Assembly (NCBI GenBank): GCA_049589355.1
Contig: JBAWAP010000434.1
Location: 177 to 64,176 of the forward strand
Origin: Anaerolineae bacterium
GTDB lineage: Bacteria; Chloroflexota; Anaerolineae; VGOG01
Direction: 5' to 3'
Length of the DNA stretch: 64,000 nucleotides
The notes beneath the pieces are model-generated. The model was not told the DNA's origin. It did no database searches and was given only the letters and a program-made list of their open reading frames with translations. Positions 10,246-20,573 of the stretch are shown here, piece after piece; within the stretch, counting starts at the first letter, position 1, and each line of letters opens with the position of its first letter. The position numbers and the translations under genes are program-made.

Positions 10246-10767
10246 CTAACGAGCAGTCAACACCCGGTAAATGGCCCAGACAACAAGTATGATCAGCACT
10301 ATTGCAGCGGCCGGGACAGCAAAGTCCTTCGCCTGGCTATAGACCTTGGCAACGGGCGACGTTGTTGGCGTGGCAACAGGCCTTGCTACTGGCTCGCCAA
10401 CATCCCATATTATGGTCCTACTTACGTATTCACCATAGTAAAAATTGGTGACATACCGACCATCGGGAAAGACCCCCTCCTTGGGCGAAGTCGCCACGGA
10501 CTCTGTCCCAGATCCGGTGTAGGCTTGGGTCTGCTCGAAGAGAATGCTGCCGAAATTGTCATAGACCCTTACTTTTATCTGTTCCCCAGCCATATCAGCG
10601 TAATCGAAGATAGCATAGACGACGGCTATACCTGAGGGAAACTGGGTCATGGCCTGCCCATCGGGAGCATCGCTCAGATGGATGTTAGCCAGGCTCTGGG
10701 CCATAGCGATACTGACTAACAAGATGGTCAAGGATAAAGCTATAGCGATAGGAACAAGGCGTTTCAT
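10246..10767 (-). CDS. Secreted protein with one copy of the same unrecognised domain plus a C-terminal TM anchor
   Basis: Signal peptide MKRLVPIAIALSLTILLVSIAMA, AGGAG RBS. Domain NIHLSDAPDGQAMTQFPSGIAVVYAIFDYADMAGE...YTGSGTE. C-terminal hydrophobic segment followed by a basic tail. Confidence 0.6.
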   Translation of the reverse strand: MKRLVPIAIALSLTILLVSIAMAQSLANIHLSDAPDGQAMTQFPSGIAVVYAIFDYADMAGEQIKVRVYDNFGSILFEQTQAYTGSGTESVATSPKEGVFPDGRYVTNFYYGEYVSRTIIWDVGEPVARPVATPTTSPVAKVYSQAKDFAVPAAAIVLIILVVWAIYRVLTAR

Positions 10768-10805
10768 TGGTTAACACTCCTTTCACAAGATAATCTTTGG
10801 GAGAA

Positions 10806-12170
10806 TCAAGAAGACCGTCTCTGCCAAAGCAACAAAGCCAAGAGGACCAATACCACTGCTACAAAAACATAACCTGCGATAACCCAAAAAGGTCTTGTAC
10901 CCTCCGTGGTGCCTGAAGTGGCAGTGGGTACGGGGGTAAACATTGGCATCAGTGCGGTTGTCGGTGTTGGCAATACTGTTGCCGGAGTGATAGATGGTGA
11001 CGTCACCGCGGCTGTAGCTGGCATTAGGGTGGTTGTAGGCAGAGCTGTGGCCAAGGTTGGCGTTAGTGATACCTCTGTGGCCGTCGGCAGCGCTGGAGTC
11101 GGTGTCAGTGTCGGCTGTTCCGGTGCCAGTGTTGGTGTAGGCGGCATCGGGGTTGGATATGGCTGCTCCGGTGTAAGTGTCGGCGTCGGAGGCACTGGAG
11201 TTGGCGTCGGCTGCCCCGGCGCTAGTGTTGGCGTAGGTGACGCCGACGTTGGAGTAGGCGTAGGCAGCACCGGATAGGGGTTTGCTGGCCCTGGTGTCGG
11301 TGTAGGAGGCATCGGTGTCGCCGTAGTCGTTGCTGGAATGGATGTAGGGGTGAGAGTCACTGGTGTCGCCGTAGCCGTTGCTGGAATGGGCGTAGGCGTG
11401 GAAGTTGCCTCCTCAGTGGCTGGACTTGCCGAAATAACTGACCAACTTACAATACCGTCAACAGACCCGTCCTTCACGACGAGAGTTCTATACTTGTCTA
11501 CGGGAAAACCAGTCATTAGGTAGTGGGTTATGCTGATGGCCTTCGTCCCTGAGCCAGTAAGAGAAGCCCCCGTGCTGATAACATCCGCATAACCACCATC
11601 TTCTTTCCGAACATCGATCCCTACTACATTTCCTACCATGCCAGCATAATCGAAAATCGCCCAAACGGTCCGAGTCCGAATGCCTTCAATGAACACTGTC
11701 TCTGATGGCCCATCAGGCGCAATGCTCATGCGAAGATTCGTGATTTCGCCTGGCCCACCTGGACGCACGTACCACAATAGAGTCTTGACAGGAAAAAGCC
11801 CAGAATGTATCTGCGTCTGAAAAGCACCGGAAGGAATAGGCCCAGAGGTGTGAGTTATGGTAATGCACTTAGTGCCCGACCCTGTGTACGAATGGGTTTC
11901 GTCATATAAAGCGACACCGCCGGTGTCCCTGACCGCGATTCGCCACTCTTCCCCTTGCATATCAGAGTAATCGAAGACCACGTATACGGTCTCCGTGTCA
12001 ACCGGGAAGAGGATCATATTGGTGCCGTCGCATGAGTCACTCATGTGAAGATTCGTGATCATGCCTTGCTGAGCTGCAAGAGAACTCGCACCCTTCGCCG
12101 CTAGCCCTGCTATCAGCACCACAGTCAACGCCAGTGCTAATCCAACAGTCCGAGAAACCAATCGCCTCAT
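10806..12170 (-). CDS. Membrane-anchored surface protein: two copies of the unrecognised domain, a long Pro/Thr-rich linker and a C-terminal TM anchor
   Basis: Start MRRLVSRTVGLALAL at ATG 12170. Domains at ITNLHMSDSCDG... and ITNLRMSIAPDG.... PT-rich linker of about 150 aa. C-terminal ...FWVIAGYVFVAVVLVLLALLLWQRRSS. Confidence 0.6.
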   Translation of the reverse strand: MRRLVSRTVGLALALTVVLIAGLAAKGASSLAAQQGMITNLHMSDSCDGTNMILFPVDTETVYVVFDYSDMQGEEWRIAVRDTGGVALYDETHSYTGSGTKCITITHTSGPIPSGAFQTQIHSGLFPVKTLLWYVRPGGPGEITNLRMSIAPDGPSETVFIEGIRTRTVWAIFDYAGMVGNVVGIDVRKEDGGYADVISTGASLTGSGTKAISITHYLMTGFPVDKYRTLVVKDGSVDGIVSWSVISASPATEEATSTPTPIPATATATPVTLTPTSIPATTTATPMPPTPTPGPANPYPVLPTPTPTSASPTPTLAPGQPTPTPVPPTPTLTPEQPYPTPMPPTPTLAPEQPTLTPTPALPTATEVSLTPTLATALPTTTLMPATAAVTSPSITPATVLPTPTTALMPMFTPVPTATSGTTEGTRPFWVIAGYVFVAVVLVLLALLLWQRRSS

Positions 12171-12268
12171 AGAATCCCCATTCCCTCCAAACTTGATGCC
12201 AGAACACGATGTCAAGACTCTGGGGCCAAACAACGCATATTATACCATTTTAGCCAAGAGGTGTCAAC

Positions 12269-12706
12269 TTAGGCCAGCCTCATCAGCAAGGCTTCTAATC
12301 CCAAGACGTAGCTTTGCCAGCCGAAGCCCGCTATCTGGCCGAGGCATACGGGGGCGATGACGGAGAGATGCCGAAAATCCTCGCGAGCCTGGATGTTGGA
12401 GAGGTGGACTTCAACGGTAGGCAAGCCAACAGCCGCGATAGCATCGCGAATGGCATAGCTATAATGGGTATAAGCACCAGGGTTGATAACCAAACCATCG
12501 GCCCAGCCAACCGCTTGTTGGATAGTGTCAATGATAGCCCCTTCGTGGTTCGACTGGAAGGTGCGCACTTCGATACCCTTGTCAGCAGCGTAAGCCTGCA
12601 ATCGCTCGTTGATCTCCTCTAGAGTGACCGAGCCGTAAACCTCTGGCTCCCGCGTGCCCAACAAGTTTAGGTTAGGGCCGTGGATAATAAGGATTGTAGT
12701 GCTCAT
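12269..12706 (-). CDS. aroQ: 3-dehydroquinate dehydratase, type II
   Basis: [25 protein letters not shown]...HEGAIID...[16 protein letters not shown]...VEVHLSNI, the type II DHQase signature. Internal ATG start preferred over the ORF-track start at 12847. Confidence 0.9.
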   Translation of the reverse strand: MSTTILIIHGPNLNLLGTREPEVYGSVTLEEINERLQAYAADKGIEVRTFQSNHEGAIIDTIQQAVGWADGLVINPGAYTHYSYAIRDAIAAVGLPTVEVHLSNIQAREDFRHLSVIAPVCLGQIAGFGWQSYVLGLEALLMRLA

Positions 12707-14298
12707 CTTTCCCTCAGCTTTTCTAAAACTTCTAAGACTGTTGCCTCTGGTACCTCGTCGGTGACCACGACCTGCCCAATAGCTCTGGGCAATACAAAAC
12801 GCAGCTTCTTTCCTCGCCTCTTTTTGTCGGTGGCCATGGCCTCCCAAACCTCTCTCGGCTTGTAACCTTCATAGTGGGTTGGTAAACCAAATCGTTGGAG
12901 AAGGGGGGCTAAACGCCCCTCAACCTTCTCGTCGCACAGGCCCAGGACGATGGCCGTCCTGGCCGCAGCCACCATGCCGATGCTCACCGCCTCACCGTGG
13001 CGGAGGGTGAAGCCGCTGAGCACCTCCAAGGCGTGGCCAAAGGTGTGGCCCAGGTTGAGCACAGCTCGCTGTCCTCTCTCGTAAGGGTCCTCCTCCACGA
13101 TGGCTACCTTAACTCGGATGGCCTCGGTGATGACATGGAGTGAGGGTTCGTCGCCTCTCTCCTCTAAGCGCTCAAAAAGGCTGGGCGAACCGATCACCCC
13201 TGCCTTGATCACCTCGGCCCACCCGGATCGCATCTCTGCTTCGTCCAGGGTGGTCAGAGCGAGAGAATCAATCAAAACCATCTCTGGCTGTTTGAAAGCG
13301 CCAATGAGATTTTTCCCCCTGGGGTGATCTACGGCCACCTTGCCCCCAATGCTGGCATCCACCATGGCCAGGAGGGTGGTGGGCAACTGTACCAGGGGCA
13401 CCCCTCGCATGTAGGTGGCTGCCGCGAAGCCTGCCATATCGCCGATCACGCCACCGCCCAGGGCCAGCACCGCACCGCTTCGATCCAGCCCACCTTTGAT
13501 GAACTGATCGTACAGGGAGCCGACGGTGTCCAGGGTCTTGTAGGCCTCTCCATCAGGCACCTGGCAGATGGCTGGCTCGAAGCCCGCTTTCTGCAAGCTT
13601 CCGATAACGGTACGGGCGTAAAGATCGCCGACCGTTGGATTGGTGACCAGGGCCACTCTACCCCGCAGTCCCTGCTCGCGCACCAACTCACCAACCCGCG
13701 CCAGAAGCCCCTCGCCCAAATGGATCCTGTAACTTCCCGTTGGCGTCCGCACCGCTATCTTTTCTACAGTCGCCTCACCCCAATCACCTAACAACCTGAT
13801 CACTCTCTCTGCTACCTCCTCCACCGTCAAGCCTGTGGTGTCAATCTGGTGAGGGATGCGGCTATAGGCTTCGCGCCGCTGGGCCAGCAGGGACTCGATG
13901 CGCTCTCTCCGATCAGCCGCGTCCAGGAGCGGCCTGTCTTCTACCTGGGCCAGACGCCGCAAGATTTCCCCAACATCGCAGGTCAGGCATACGAGCAACC
14001 CGCTCGTGCCCAAGGCCTGGCGGCTCTCCTCAGGGATCAGCGCTCTGCCACCAGTGGCGATGACTAGCCCGTGCCTTGTGGCCAACTCCTGGCAAAGCTG
14101 TCGCTCCTGTTGGCGAAAGAACCCCTCGCCCTGTTGAGCGAAGATCTCAGGGATAGCCATACCCACCCGCTCCTCGATGAGGGGGTCCATATCCACAAAC
14201 TCCCGGCCCAACCGCCGGGCCAATTCCAACCCCACCTTCGATTTACCGGTGCCCATGAAGCCGGTGATAACGATGTTTGCACCCCTGTTCACTTCCAC
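12703..14298 (-). CDS. aroK-aroB: Bifunctional shikimate kinase / 3-dehydroquinate synthase (fusion)
   Basis: N-terminal P-loop shikimate kinase ([16 protein letters not shown]). C-terminal DHQ synthase ([45 protein letters not shown]...[11 protein letters not shown]). GTG start. Confidence 0.9.
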   Translation of the reverse strand: MEVNRGANIVITGFMGTGKSKVGLELARRLGREFVDMDPLIEERVGMAIPEIFAQQGEGFFRQQERQLCQELATRHGLVIATGGRALIPEESRQALGTSGLLVCLTCDVGEILRRLAQVEDRPLLDAADRRERIESLLAQRREAYSRIPHQIDTTGLTVEEVAERVIRLLGDWGEATVEKIAVRTPTGSYRIHLGEGLLARVGELVREQGLRGRVALVTNPTVGDLYARTVIGSLQKAGFEPAICQVPDGEAYKTLDTVGSLYDQFIKGGLDRSGAVLALGGGVIGDMAGFAAATYMRGVPLVQLPTTLLAMVDASIGGKVAVDHPRGKNLIGAFKQPEMVLIDSLALTTLDEAEMRSGWAEVIKAGVIGSPSLFERLEERGDEPSLHVITEAIRVKVAIVEEDPYERGQRAVLNLGHTFGHALEVLSGFTLRHGEAVSIGMVAAARTAIVLGLCDEKVEGRLAPLLQRFGLPTHYEGYKPREVWEAMATDKKRRGKKLRFVLPRAIGQVVVTDEVPEATVLEVLEKLRER

Positions 14299-15467
14299 CT
14301 CGACTTCATCTCCTCGATGCTATCTCCCCCGAGCTTCTCCATCAATGCGTCGGCGATCACCCAGGCGACCATGGCCTCGCCGACTATCGAAGCAGCAGGC
14401 ACGGCACAGACATCAGAGCGCTGATACTGAGTAGTGGCCGGCTCTCCTGTGGCCAGGTCCACCGAACGCAGAGGTGTCACGGTAGTAGGGATAGGTTTCA
14501 TGGCTGCCCGCACCACGATGGGCTGCCCGTTGCTCATCCCACCCTCAATGCCGCCAGCCCTATTGGAGTGACGAGTAACGAGTAACGAGTAACGAGTTTC
14601 CTCATCTCTCATTTCTCGTTCCTCGTTACTCGTTACGAAGATTTCATCGTGCACCTCTGTTCCCAACCTACGAGCATTCTCGAAAGCCGGCCCGATCTCC
14701 AACCCTTTGATGGCCGGAATGCTCATCACCGCGCCAGCCAGGCGAGCGTCCAGGCGACGGTCCCATTGGACGTGGCTACCCAGGCCGACAGGCACGCCGG
14801 TGGCAACGACAACGAAAACGCCGCCCAGGGAGTCCCCCCCTGTCTTGGCCTCGTCAATGCGCTGACGCATGGCCTCTGCGGCGACGGGATCGGGACAGCG
14901 AACGTCGGAGGCTTCTGCCCTCTCCCAGAGTTCGCCCCTCTCGCTCCCCCCCAAAAGTTGGGGGGGGCTGGGGGAGGGCGGGATCTCCGCCACCACGCCA
15001 CCGATTTCGGTCACGTAGCTGCCAACGGAGATGCTGAACTCGGAAAGCAACTGCTTAGCCACTGCCCCCACTGCCACCCGAGCTGCTGTCTCACGAGCAC
15101 TGGCTCGCTCAGCTACCAACCGCAGATCGCCTAGGTTGTACTTGATGGCCCCCGCCAGATCGGCATGGCCTGGCCGAGGTACCGTCCAAGGCGGGATATC
15201 CCTGTCCTTCCAGTTGGCCCAGTCCTTGTTCTCGATGCGTAAGGCGATAGGCGTACCGATGGTCAGGCCCTTGGATACTCCGCTAAGAATCTCGACCTGG
15301 TCACGCTCGATCTTCATGCGCTGACCGCGTCCATAGCCCCCCTGGCGGCGGCGTAGATCAACGTTGATCTCTTCTTCGCTTAGATGAAGCCCAGCCGGCA
15401 TTCCCTCGATGATGGCTGTGAGACAAGGCCCATGAGACTCGCCAGCGGTCAAAAAACGCAACGCCAT
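14289..15467 (-). CDS. aroC: Chorismate synthase, carrying two in-frame palindromic insertions
   Basis: [27 protein letters not shown]...[24 protein letters not shown]. Insertions are encoded by a 7-mer hairpin at 14570..14638 and a C7/G8 palindrome at 14946..14967. Confidence 0.9.
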   Translation of the reverse strand: MALRFLTAGESHGPCLTAIIEGMPAGLHLSEEEINVDLRRRQGGYGRGQRMKIERDQVEILSGVSKGLTIGTPIALRIENKDWANWKDRDIPPWTVPRPGHADLAGAIKYNLGDLRLVAERASARETAARVAVGAVAKQLLSEFSISVGSYVTEIGGVVAEIPPSPSPPQLLGGSERGELWERAEASDVRCPDPVAAEAMRQRIDEAKTGGDSLGGVFVVVATGVPVGLGSHVQWDRRLDARLAGAVMSIPAIKGLEIGPAFENARRLGTEVHDEIFVTSNEEREMRDEETRYSLLVTRHSNRAGGIEGGMSNGQPIVVRAAMKPIPTTVTPLRSVDLATGEPATTQYQRSDVCAVPAASIVGEAMVAWVIADALMEKLGGDSIEEMKSRWK

Positions 15468-15578
15468 CGCTTACCTCCTCAGAGTCTTAGGCATAATTCA
15501 TGAGACAAAGAGACCTGTTTGAGCAAGCAGCCTACGTGATGCGTAAAACGTGATGCGTGAAAACGGCTTGCTCACGCA

Positions 15579-16517
15579 TCACGGATCACGTTTCACGCAG
15601 AATCTTTGCAGCAGCAAGCCTAAAAGTGTCAAGGACGTTTCCTGCGATTCTGAACTATGCCAAGTTTTGCTAGCAGCCTCGTACATCGTCTCGACAGGTG
15701 CTTTCTCCCCCGTCCACAGTTCGAAAGCCGCAGCTCCCTGGTGGACCAGCATCCCCAAACCGCCGATGCCTTTCGCTCCTGCTTCTCTAGCCTGCCGCAG
15801 AAGCTTGGTCTGGCGAGGATTGTATACCAGGTCGAAGACGGTCAGATGGCCGGGGAAGGCCAGGTCTTCCGGCCAGGGGGATTTGTCTACTTCAGGCCAC
15901 ATGCCGACAGGCGTGGCATTGACCAATAAGTGGGATTCAGTTGCCCGCTCTTTCAATATTTGTAGTGTGAGAGGGAGGGAGAGGAGGGAAAGAGAGGGAA
16001 ACAAGGGGGAGAAATCTTGAACCAGGGCGTGAGCACGGGATGGAGTGCGATTCAGAGCAGTCACCTGCGCCCCGCCCTGGGCCAGGGCGTAGACTACGGC
16101 CCTGGCAGCGCCACCAGCCCCCAGAACCACAGCCCGCTTGCCCTGAGGATCGAAGCCAACCTCGCTTAAGGCAGTCAGGAAGCCTTGCCAGTCGCTGTTG
16201 TACCCGATGCCCTGCCCCTCACGCACCACGATGGTATTGACTGCCCCGATAGCTTGCGCCTCCGGTGTGACTTCGTCGAGATAGGATATCACCGCCTCTT
16301 TGTGAGGTACAGTAACATTGGCCCCCACGAAGTTCAGAGCCCGCAGGCCAGCAACCGCTTCCCCCAACTGCTCAGGATGCACAGGCAAGGGCAGGTAGCA
16401 CCAGTTCAGGTTGAGCGCGGCAAAGGCGCTATTGTGCATGGCTGGCGAGAGGCTGTGCTCGATTGGATAACCTATCAATCCTACGAGCTTCGTCTGGCCA
16501 TTGATGTCCAGTGGCAT
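15579..16517 (-). CDS. aroE: Shikimate dehydrogenase
   Basis: MPLDINGQTKLVGLIGYPIEHSLSPAMHNSAF...NATPVGMWP, AGGAG RBS. The C-terminal residues and stop codon are supplied by the 7-mer hairpin repeat at 15534..15600. Confidence 0.9.
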   Translation of the reverse strand: MPLDINGQTKLVGLIGYPIEHSLSPAMHNSAFAALNLNWCYLPLPVHPEQLGEAVAGLRALNFVGANVTVPHKEAVISYLDEVTPEAQAIGAVNTIVVREGQGIGYNSDWQGFLTALSEVGFDPQGKRAVVLGAGGAARAVVYALAQGGAQVTALNRTPSRAHALVQDFSPLFPSLSLLSLPLTLQILKERATESHLLVNATPVGMWPEVDKSPWPEDLAFPGHLTVFDLVYNPRQTKLLRQAREAGAKGIGGLGMLVHQGAAAFELWTGEKAPVETMYEAASKTWHSSESQETSLTLLGLLLQRFCVKRDP

Positions 16518-16530
16518 GGCTCGCTCTCCT

Positions 16531-17871
16531 TCAGCTCATTAAGGCTCTCAAGATCTCCTCGAAGCCTGGGAATGAATCTGCGATACATTCCGCTCCCTCG
16601 ATTGTTGTTTCCCCTTCGGCTACTAGGCCAGCTATGGCCAGGGACATGGCCAGGCGGTGATCGCCGTGACTGTTGACCTGGGTTCCCACTAGTGTCGTCG
16701 GTCCTTCCACCACGAAGCCGTCATCCCTCTCCTTGATACATGCCCCAAGCTTCCTCAGCTCAGCTACCATGGCCGCGATGCGGTCGGTCTCCTTGACTCT
16801 GAGTTCCGCTGCGTCGCGCACTATCGTCTCCCCCTCCGCCTGGCTGGCAACCACAGCCAAGATGGGGAATTCATCAATCATCCTGGGCACCTGATCACCC
16901 CTCACCTCTATGCCCCTTAGGGCCGAGACCCCGCGCCCTGCCCGCACAACGGCGTCGGCTACTGGCTCGCCGCTGACCTCCTGCTGATTCTCTATCAGGA
17001 TGTCCGCTCCCATCTCCCTCAGCGCGTCCAAGAGGCCCGTGCGGGTGGGGTTAACACCGACGCCTTCGACAACGACTTCCCCCTCCTCTTTTCCCCCCCC
17101 ATGGGGAGGGATGAGGCAAGCGGCAGCGATGAAGTAAGCTGCTGAGGAGATATCCCCTGGCACAACAACGTTCAGAGATGACAACCCTACGCCTCCACGT
17201 AGAGTTATCGTGGAACTTTGAACTTTGAACTTTGAACTTTGAACTTCAATACTTGCGCCCATTGCGGCCAGCATCCGCTCGGTGTGGTCGCGGGCGGGGC
17301 CTGGCTCGTGGATCACCGTTGGGCCATCGGCGTAGAGGCCTGCCAGTAAAATGGCTGACTTCACCTGAGCGCTGGCTACGGGCAGCCTGTACTCGATGCC
17401 GTGCAGATTTCCGCCCAGTATGGTCAAGGGAGGCAGGCGGCCATCGTCGCGACCTAACACAGTTGCCCCCATCCGTCTCAGAGGCTCGACGATGCGGCCC
17501 ATGGGCCGTCGGCGGAGTTGCTCGTTTCCCGTCAGCACGCTGTAGAAGGGCTGGCCAGCCAGAATCCCCGCCAACAAACGCATGGTCGTACCCGAACCAG
17601 CACAGTCCAGGATATCTTTCGGCTCCGTCAAACCATGCAAGCCCTGCCCGTGCACGATCAACTCCGTCTCGGATAGTCTATCTACCTCGACACCTAGCGC
17701 TTGCACACAAGCTAAGGTAGCCAGGCAATCTGCCGCTGGCAGGAAATTCCGGATCCTGGTCGTGCCCTCGGCTATCGCACCCAGCAGCAGAGCGCGATGG
17801 GAAATGGATTTGTCGCCCGGGACTTTGACCCGACCACTCAGACCTCTAGCTTGTTCAACAGTCAGCCTCAT
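16531..17871 (-). CDS. aroA: 3-phosphoshikimate 1-carboxyvinyltransferase (EPSP synthase), with two in-frame repeat-derived insertions
   Basis: MRLTVEQARGLSGRVKVPGDKSISHRALLLGAIAEGTTRI.... Insertions: VQSSKFKVQSS from (GAACTTT)n at 17213..17244, and GGGKEEGEV from a poly-C/poly-G palindrome at about 17089..17125. Confidence 0.9.
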   Translation of the reverse strand: MRLTVEQARGLSGRVKVPGDKSISHRALLLGAIAEGTTRIRNFLPAADCLATLACVQALGVEVDRLSETELIVHGQGLHGLTEPKDILDCAGSGTTMRLLAGILAGQPFYSVLTGNEQLRRRPMGRIVEPLRRMGATVLGRDDGRLPPLTILGGNLHGIEYRLPVASAQVKSAILLAGLYADGPTVIHEPGPARDHTERMLAAMGASIEVQSSKFKVQSSTITLRGGVGLSSLNVVVPGDISSAAYFIAAACLIPPHGGGKEEGEVVVEGVGVNPTRTGLLDALREMGADILIENQQEVSGEPVADAVVRAGRGVSALRGIEVRGDQVPRMIDEFPILAVVASQAEGETIVRDAAELRVKETDRIAAMVAELRKLGACIKERDDGFVVEGPTTLVGTQVNSHGDHRLAMSLAIAGLVAEGETTIEGAECIADSFPGFEEILRALMS

Positions 17872-17884
17872 AGAACTTCAAACC

Positions 17885-18781
17885 CTAAACTTTAAACTTT
17901 AAACCTTGAACTCTGAACTTTGAAGTTTGAAGTTTGACCTTTAAAGTTTGAACGTCGTCCGTCTCTAGCAGGTGGGCGATAGCGTCGAGTTGACGGGCGA
18001 AGCGGGACAACGTCTCTCCCACCGCCTGGCGGTTAGTGAGCAGGATGTCCAGCATCATGGTAACGTCGCTGGCTGCCAGGCGCGAGGTGTCGCGAAAGCC
18101 GCTGGCGGTCAGTCCCCAGACCAGCTCGTCCTCCGCTGCTACCTCCTCAGCGGCAGCCACCAGACCCACCGACAGGAGATAGGGAAGGTGGCTGACAGCG
18201 GCCACCAGGCGGTCGTGGCGCTCGGCGTCCATCAACAAAGGCTGCGCACCTATGGCCTCGACTAGCTCTTGGGCTAGCATTAGCGCTTCCGAACTGGTCC
18301 GCCGCAGGGCTTGCCCTGAGCCCTGTCGAAGGGGAGTAAGCACAAAGGTCGCCCCCTCGTAGAGGTCAGCCTCTGCAGCTTCGATCCCCGACGCCTCCTT
18401 GCCACACATGGGGTGGCCGCCGACGGCTTGAAGGTAGGATGGCAACGCTTTCATGGCTTCGACAATCCTGGCCTTGGTGCTGCCCAAATCCATCAGCAAA
18501 CAGCCAGCGGAAGCAAGGGACCCCACCTGAGGTATAAGCTCCAAGTTGGTCCGCACTGGAGTGGCCAGCACGATCAGGTCGGCTTGCTCCACCCCCTCGG
18601 CCAGGTCACAGGTGCCCACATTGATGAAACCGCGCCTCATGGCTTTCTCGATGGTTTCCTCTCGTCGGGCCACCCCCCATACCTCTCGACAGGAACCTCG
18701 CTTCTTCAAGGCCCCGGCCAGAGACCCACCCATCAGGCCCAGCCCGACGATTGTTACCTGCGCATCTTTCAAACACACCAC
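17885..18781 (-). CDS. tyrA: Prephenate/arogenate dehydrogenase
   Basis: VTIVGLGLMGGSLAGAL...GGHPMCGKE.... GTG start 18781 with GGAGG 5 nt upstream. The ORF-track extension to 18817 and the C-terminal ...KFRVQGLKFKV both come from heptamer repeat DNA. Confidence 0.8.
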   Translation of the reverse strand: MVCLKDAQVTIVGLGLMGGSLAGALKKRGSCREVWGVARREETIEKAMRRGFINVGTCDLAEGVEQADLIVLATPVRTNLELIPQVGSLASAGCLLMDLGSTKARIVEAMKALPSYLQAVGGHPMCGKEASGIEAAEADLYEGATFVLTPLRQGSGQALRRTSSEALMLAQELVEAIGAQPLLMDAERHDRLVAAVSHLPYLLSVGLVAAAEEVAAEDELVWGLTASGFRDTSRLAASDVTMMLDILLTNRQAVGETLSRFARQLDAIAHLLETDDVQTLKVKLQTSKFRVQGLKFKV

Positions 18782-18841
18782 GTTAACCTCCAACTTCCAA
18801 CCTCCAAAGAAGGCCACAGTTTAAGGTTTGAAGTTTGAAGT

Positions 18842-19855
18842 TTAAAGTTTGCGGTCCACTGCTTCTGCCACTCTCCGCAGCTCTCTCACTAACTGGGCAA
18901 ACCTCTCTGGTTTTAGCGATTGGGCTCCGTCGGAGAGGGCTTGCTGGGGATGGGGATGCACTTCGATAAGCAATCCATCGGCGCCGGCGGCCACAGCAGC
19001 TCTGGCTACGGGCCCCACCAACTCCCATCTGCCAGTACCGTGGCTGGGATCAACGATGACCGGCAAGTGGGTCAGTCCCTTAAGGACGGGTACGGCGTTG
19101 ATGTCCAGGGTGTTGCGGGTATACTTTTCGAAGGTGCGGATGCCCCGTTCGCAGAGCATGACCCGGTAGTTGTCGTGGGAGAGGATGTGTTCAGCCGCCA
19201 TGAGAAGTTCCTCCAGAGTGGACATCATCCCTCGCTTGAGGAGGACGGGCATCTTCGACTCGCCCACGGCGTTCAGGAGGCTGAAGTTCTGCATGTTTCG
19301 GGCCCCGACCTGGAGGATGTCGGCATAGCGGGCCACCAGGGGCACGTCTTCGGGGGTCATGACCTCCGTGACGACAGCCAGCCCAGTCTCCTCCTTGACC
19401 TCGGCCAGGATCTCTAAGCCCTCCTTCCCCAGGCCCTGGAAGCTATAGGGGGAGGTGCGCGGTTTGAAGGCTCCGCCGCGCAGAATTCGGACACCCGTCT
19501 CCTTGACCGCCCAAGCCGTCTCTAACAGTTGCTCTCGGCTCTCCACGGCACAGGGCCCGGCCATGACTGTCACTTCCCGTGAGCCGATCTGCATCCCGTT
19601 GATGGGGATGACGGTGTCCTCGGGCTTGAAGTCACGGCTGGCCAGCTTGAAGGGCTGGAGGATGGGCACCGTCCTCTCCACTCCCTCCATCAGTTCGAAG
19701 ACGTGAGGGCTGACAGGCCGCTCATCGCCGATGACGCCGATGATGGTCCGCTCCTCGCCACGGGAGAGGTGGGCCCGAAACCCCATTTCCTCTATCTGAC
19801 CCACTACTCCCCGTATCTCCTCCTCTCCGGCCCCCATTTTCATGATGATGATCAT
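18842..19855 (-). CDS. aroF: 3-deoxy-7-phosphoheptulonate (DAHP) synthase, class I-beta, with an N-terminal regulatory (ACT/ferredoxin-like) domain
   Basis: KDO8PS-like core: [47 protein letters not shown] ... [10 protein letters not shown]. About 80 aa of N-terminal extension, as in Thermotoga-type DAHPS. ATG 19855, AGGAGG RBS. Confidence 0.85.
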   Translation of the reverse strand: MIIIMKMGAGEEEIRGVVGQIEEMGFRAHLSRGEERTIIGVIGDERPVSPHVFELMEGVERTVPILQPFKLASRDFKPEDTVIPINGMQIGSREVTVMAGPCAVESREQLLETAWAVKETGVRILRGGAFKPRTSPYSFQGLGKEGLEILAEVKEETGLAVVTEVMTPEDVPLVARYADILQVGARNMQNFSLLNAVGESKMPVLLKRGMMSTLEELLMAAEHILSHDNYRVMLCERGIRTFEKYTRNTLDINAVPVLKGLTHLPVIVDPSHGTGRWELVGPVARAAVAAGADGLLIEVHPHPQQALSDGAQSLKPERFAQLVRELRRVAEAVDRKL

Positions 19856-19937
19856 GATGACCTCCTATCCCAATTGGGATCTGGAGCGCAGGCGCAAGCC
19901 TGCGGACCTGCGTCCGCGCTCTAGCGAGTTTTCCCAT

Positions 19938-20306
19938 CTACCGATGATTTGAAATATCAGGTCGCAACGCTTTCGCTCCCTTGATGTACACGTGTACGAC
20001 TTCATCCTGCCGCTTGTCCGTGTTCCAGTGAATGAGAACCCGGATGCACCTCTCCAAGCTGCCCGGTACGGGAATCTCCTGGGCATCGAGGAGGGCCACA
20101 TCGCGCCAGCCCAGTTCCCGCGCCGCTTGGGCCGGGAAGGCAGCCGTCAGGTCGGGCGTGGTGGTGAAGATGGCGCTGGCTACGTCTTCCACCTTCAAGT
20201 CGTTGGCCTCGACGATGAGCTCCAGGAGCTCCCTGGTGGCGGTCAGAATGGCCTCGGCCGTATTCTTTTCTGCGGTGGTTGCTCCGCGAATGCCTCGGCA
20301 ATACAT
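19938..20306 (-). CDS. aroH: Chorismate mutase, AroH class
   Basis: [32 protein letters not shown]...[31 protein letters not shown] resembles B. subtilis AroH. ATG 20306 with GGGGGG RBS. Confidence 0.85.
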   Translation of the reverse strand: MYCRGIRGATTAEKNTAEAILTATRELLELIVEANDLKVEDVASAIFTTTPDLTAAFPAQAARELGWRDVALLDAQEIPVPGSLERCIRVLIHWNTDKRQDEVVHVYIKGAKALRPDISNHR

Positions 20307-20321
20307 CTTTACCCCCCAGAT

Positions 20322-20357
20322 AATCAAAAAAGCGTGGGGCTGTCTGCTCCACGCTTT
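20322..20357 (-). terminator. Intrinsic terminator (attenuator) between the leader peptide and aroH
   Basis: Minus-strand RNA AAAGCGUGG-AGCAGACAGCC-CCACGCUUUUUU: 6-bp GC stem plus A-U extension, then a U6 tract, 15 nt before the aroH start. Confidence 0.7.
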
Positions 20358-20388
20358 CCAAATGCTATTTATGAATCGTTACGATTTA

Positions 20389-20517
20389 ATGATGTGGCGT
20401 CTTCCGGGCATGGAGCAGCTTGCCTGATGCCTTGGCATAGGCGTAATAGTAGGCAAAGTAATCCTCATGCCCAAAGAAACTGAGTTCGATAGCCTCGTCT
20501 CGCAGCTTATTAGCCAT
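20389..20517 (-). CDS. Leader peptide rich in Phe/Tyr (43 aa) of the aromatic amino acid operon
   Basis: MANKLRDEAIELSFFGHEDYFAYYYAYAKASGKLLHARKTPHH has 8 aromatic residues in a 14-residue stretch. AGAGGGG RBS. Lies downstream of the promoter at 20545..20573 and upstream of the terminator. The longer ORF-track version (start 20694) begins upstream of that promoter. Confidence 0.6.
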
Positions 20518-20544
20518 CTCCACCCCTCTCTCAAATCTGGATAT

Positions 20545-20573
20545 ATGATAGCATAAAGGAGGATAAAAGTCAA
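20545..20573 (-). promoter_or_regulatory. Sigma70-like promoter of the attenuated aro operon (TTGACT-N17-TATCAT)
   Basis: Minus strand: -35 TTGACT (20573..20568), 17-nt spacer, -10 TATCAT (20550..20545), about 30 nt upstream of the leader peptide ATG. Confidence 0.55.

Noticed and set aside
19856-19937. aroH-aroF intergenic hairpins as a Rho-independent terminator
   Set aside because: No U-tract follows. aroF has a strong RBS immediately downstream, so read-through is expected. Noted only as a structured junction.
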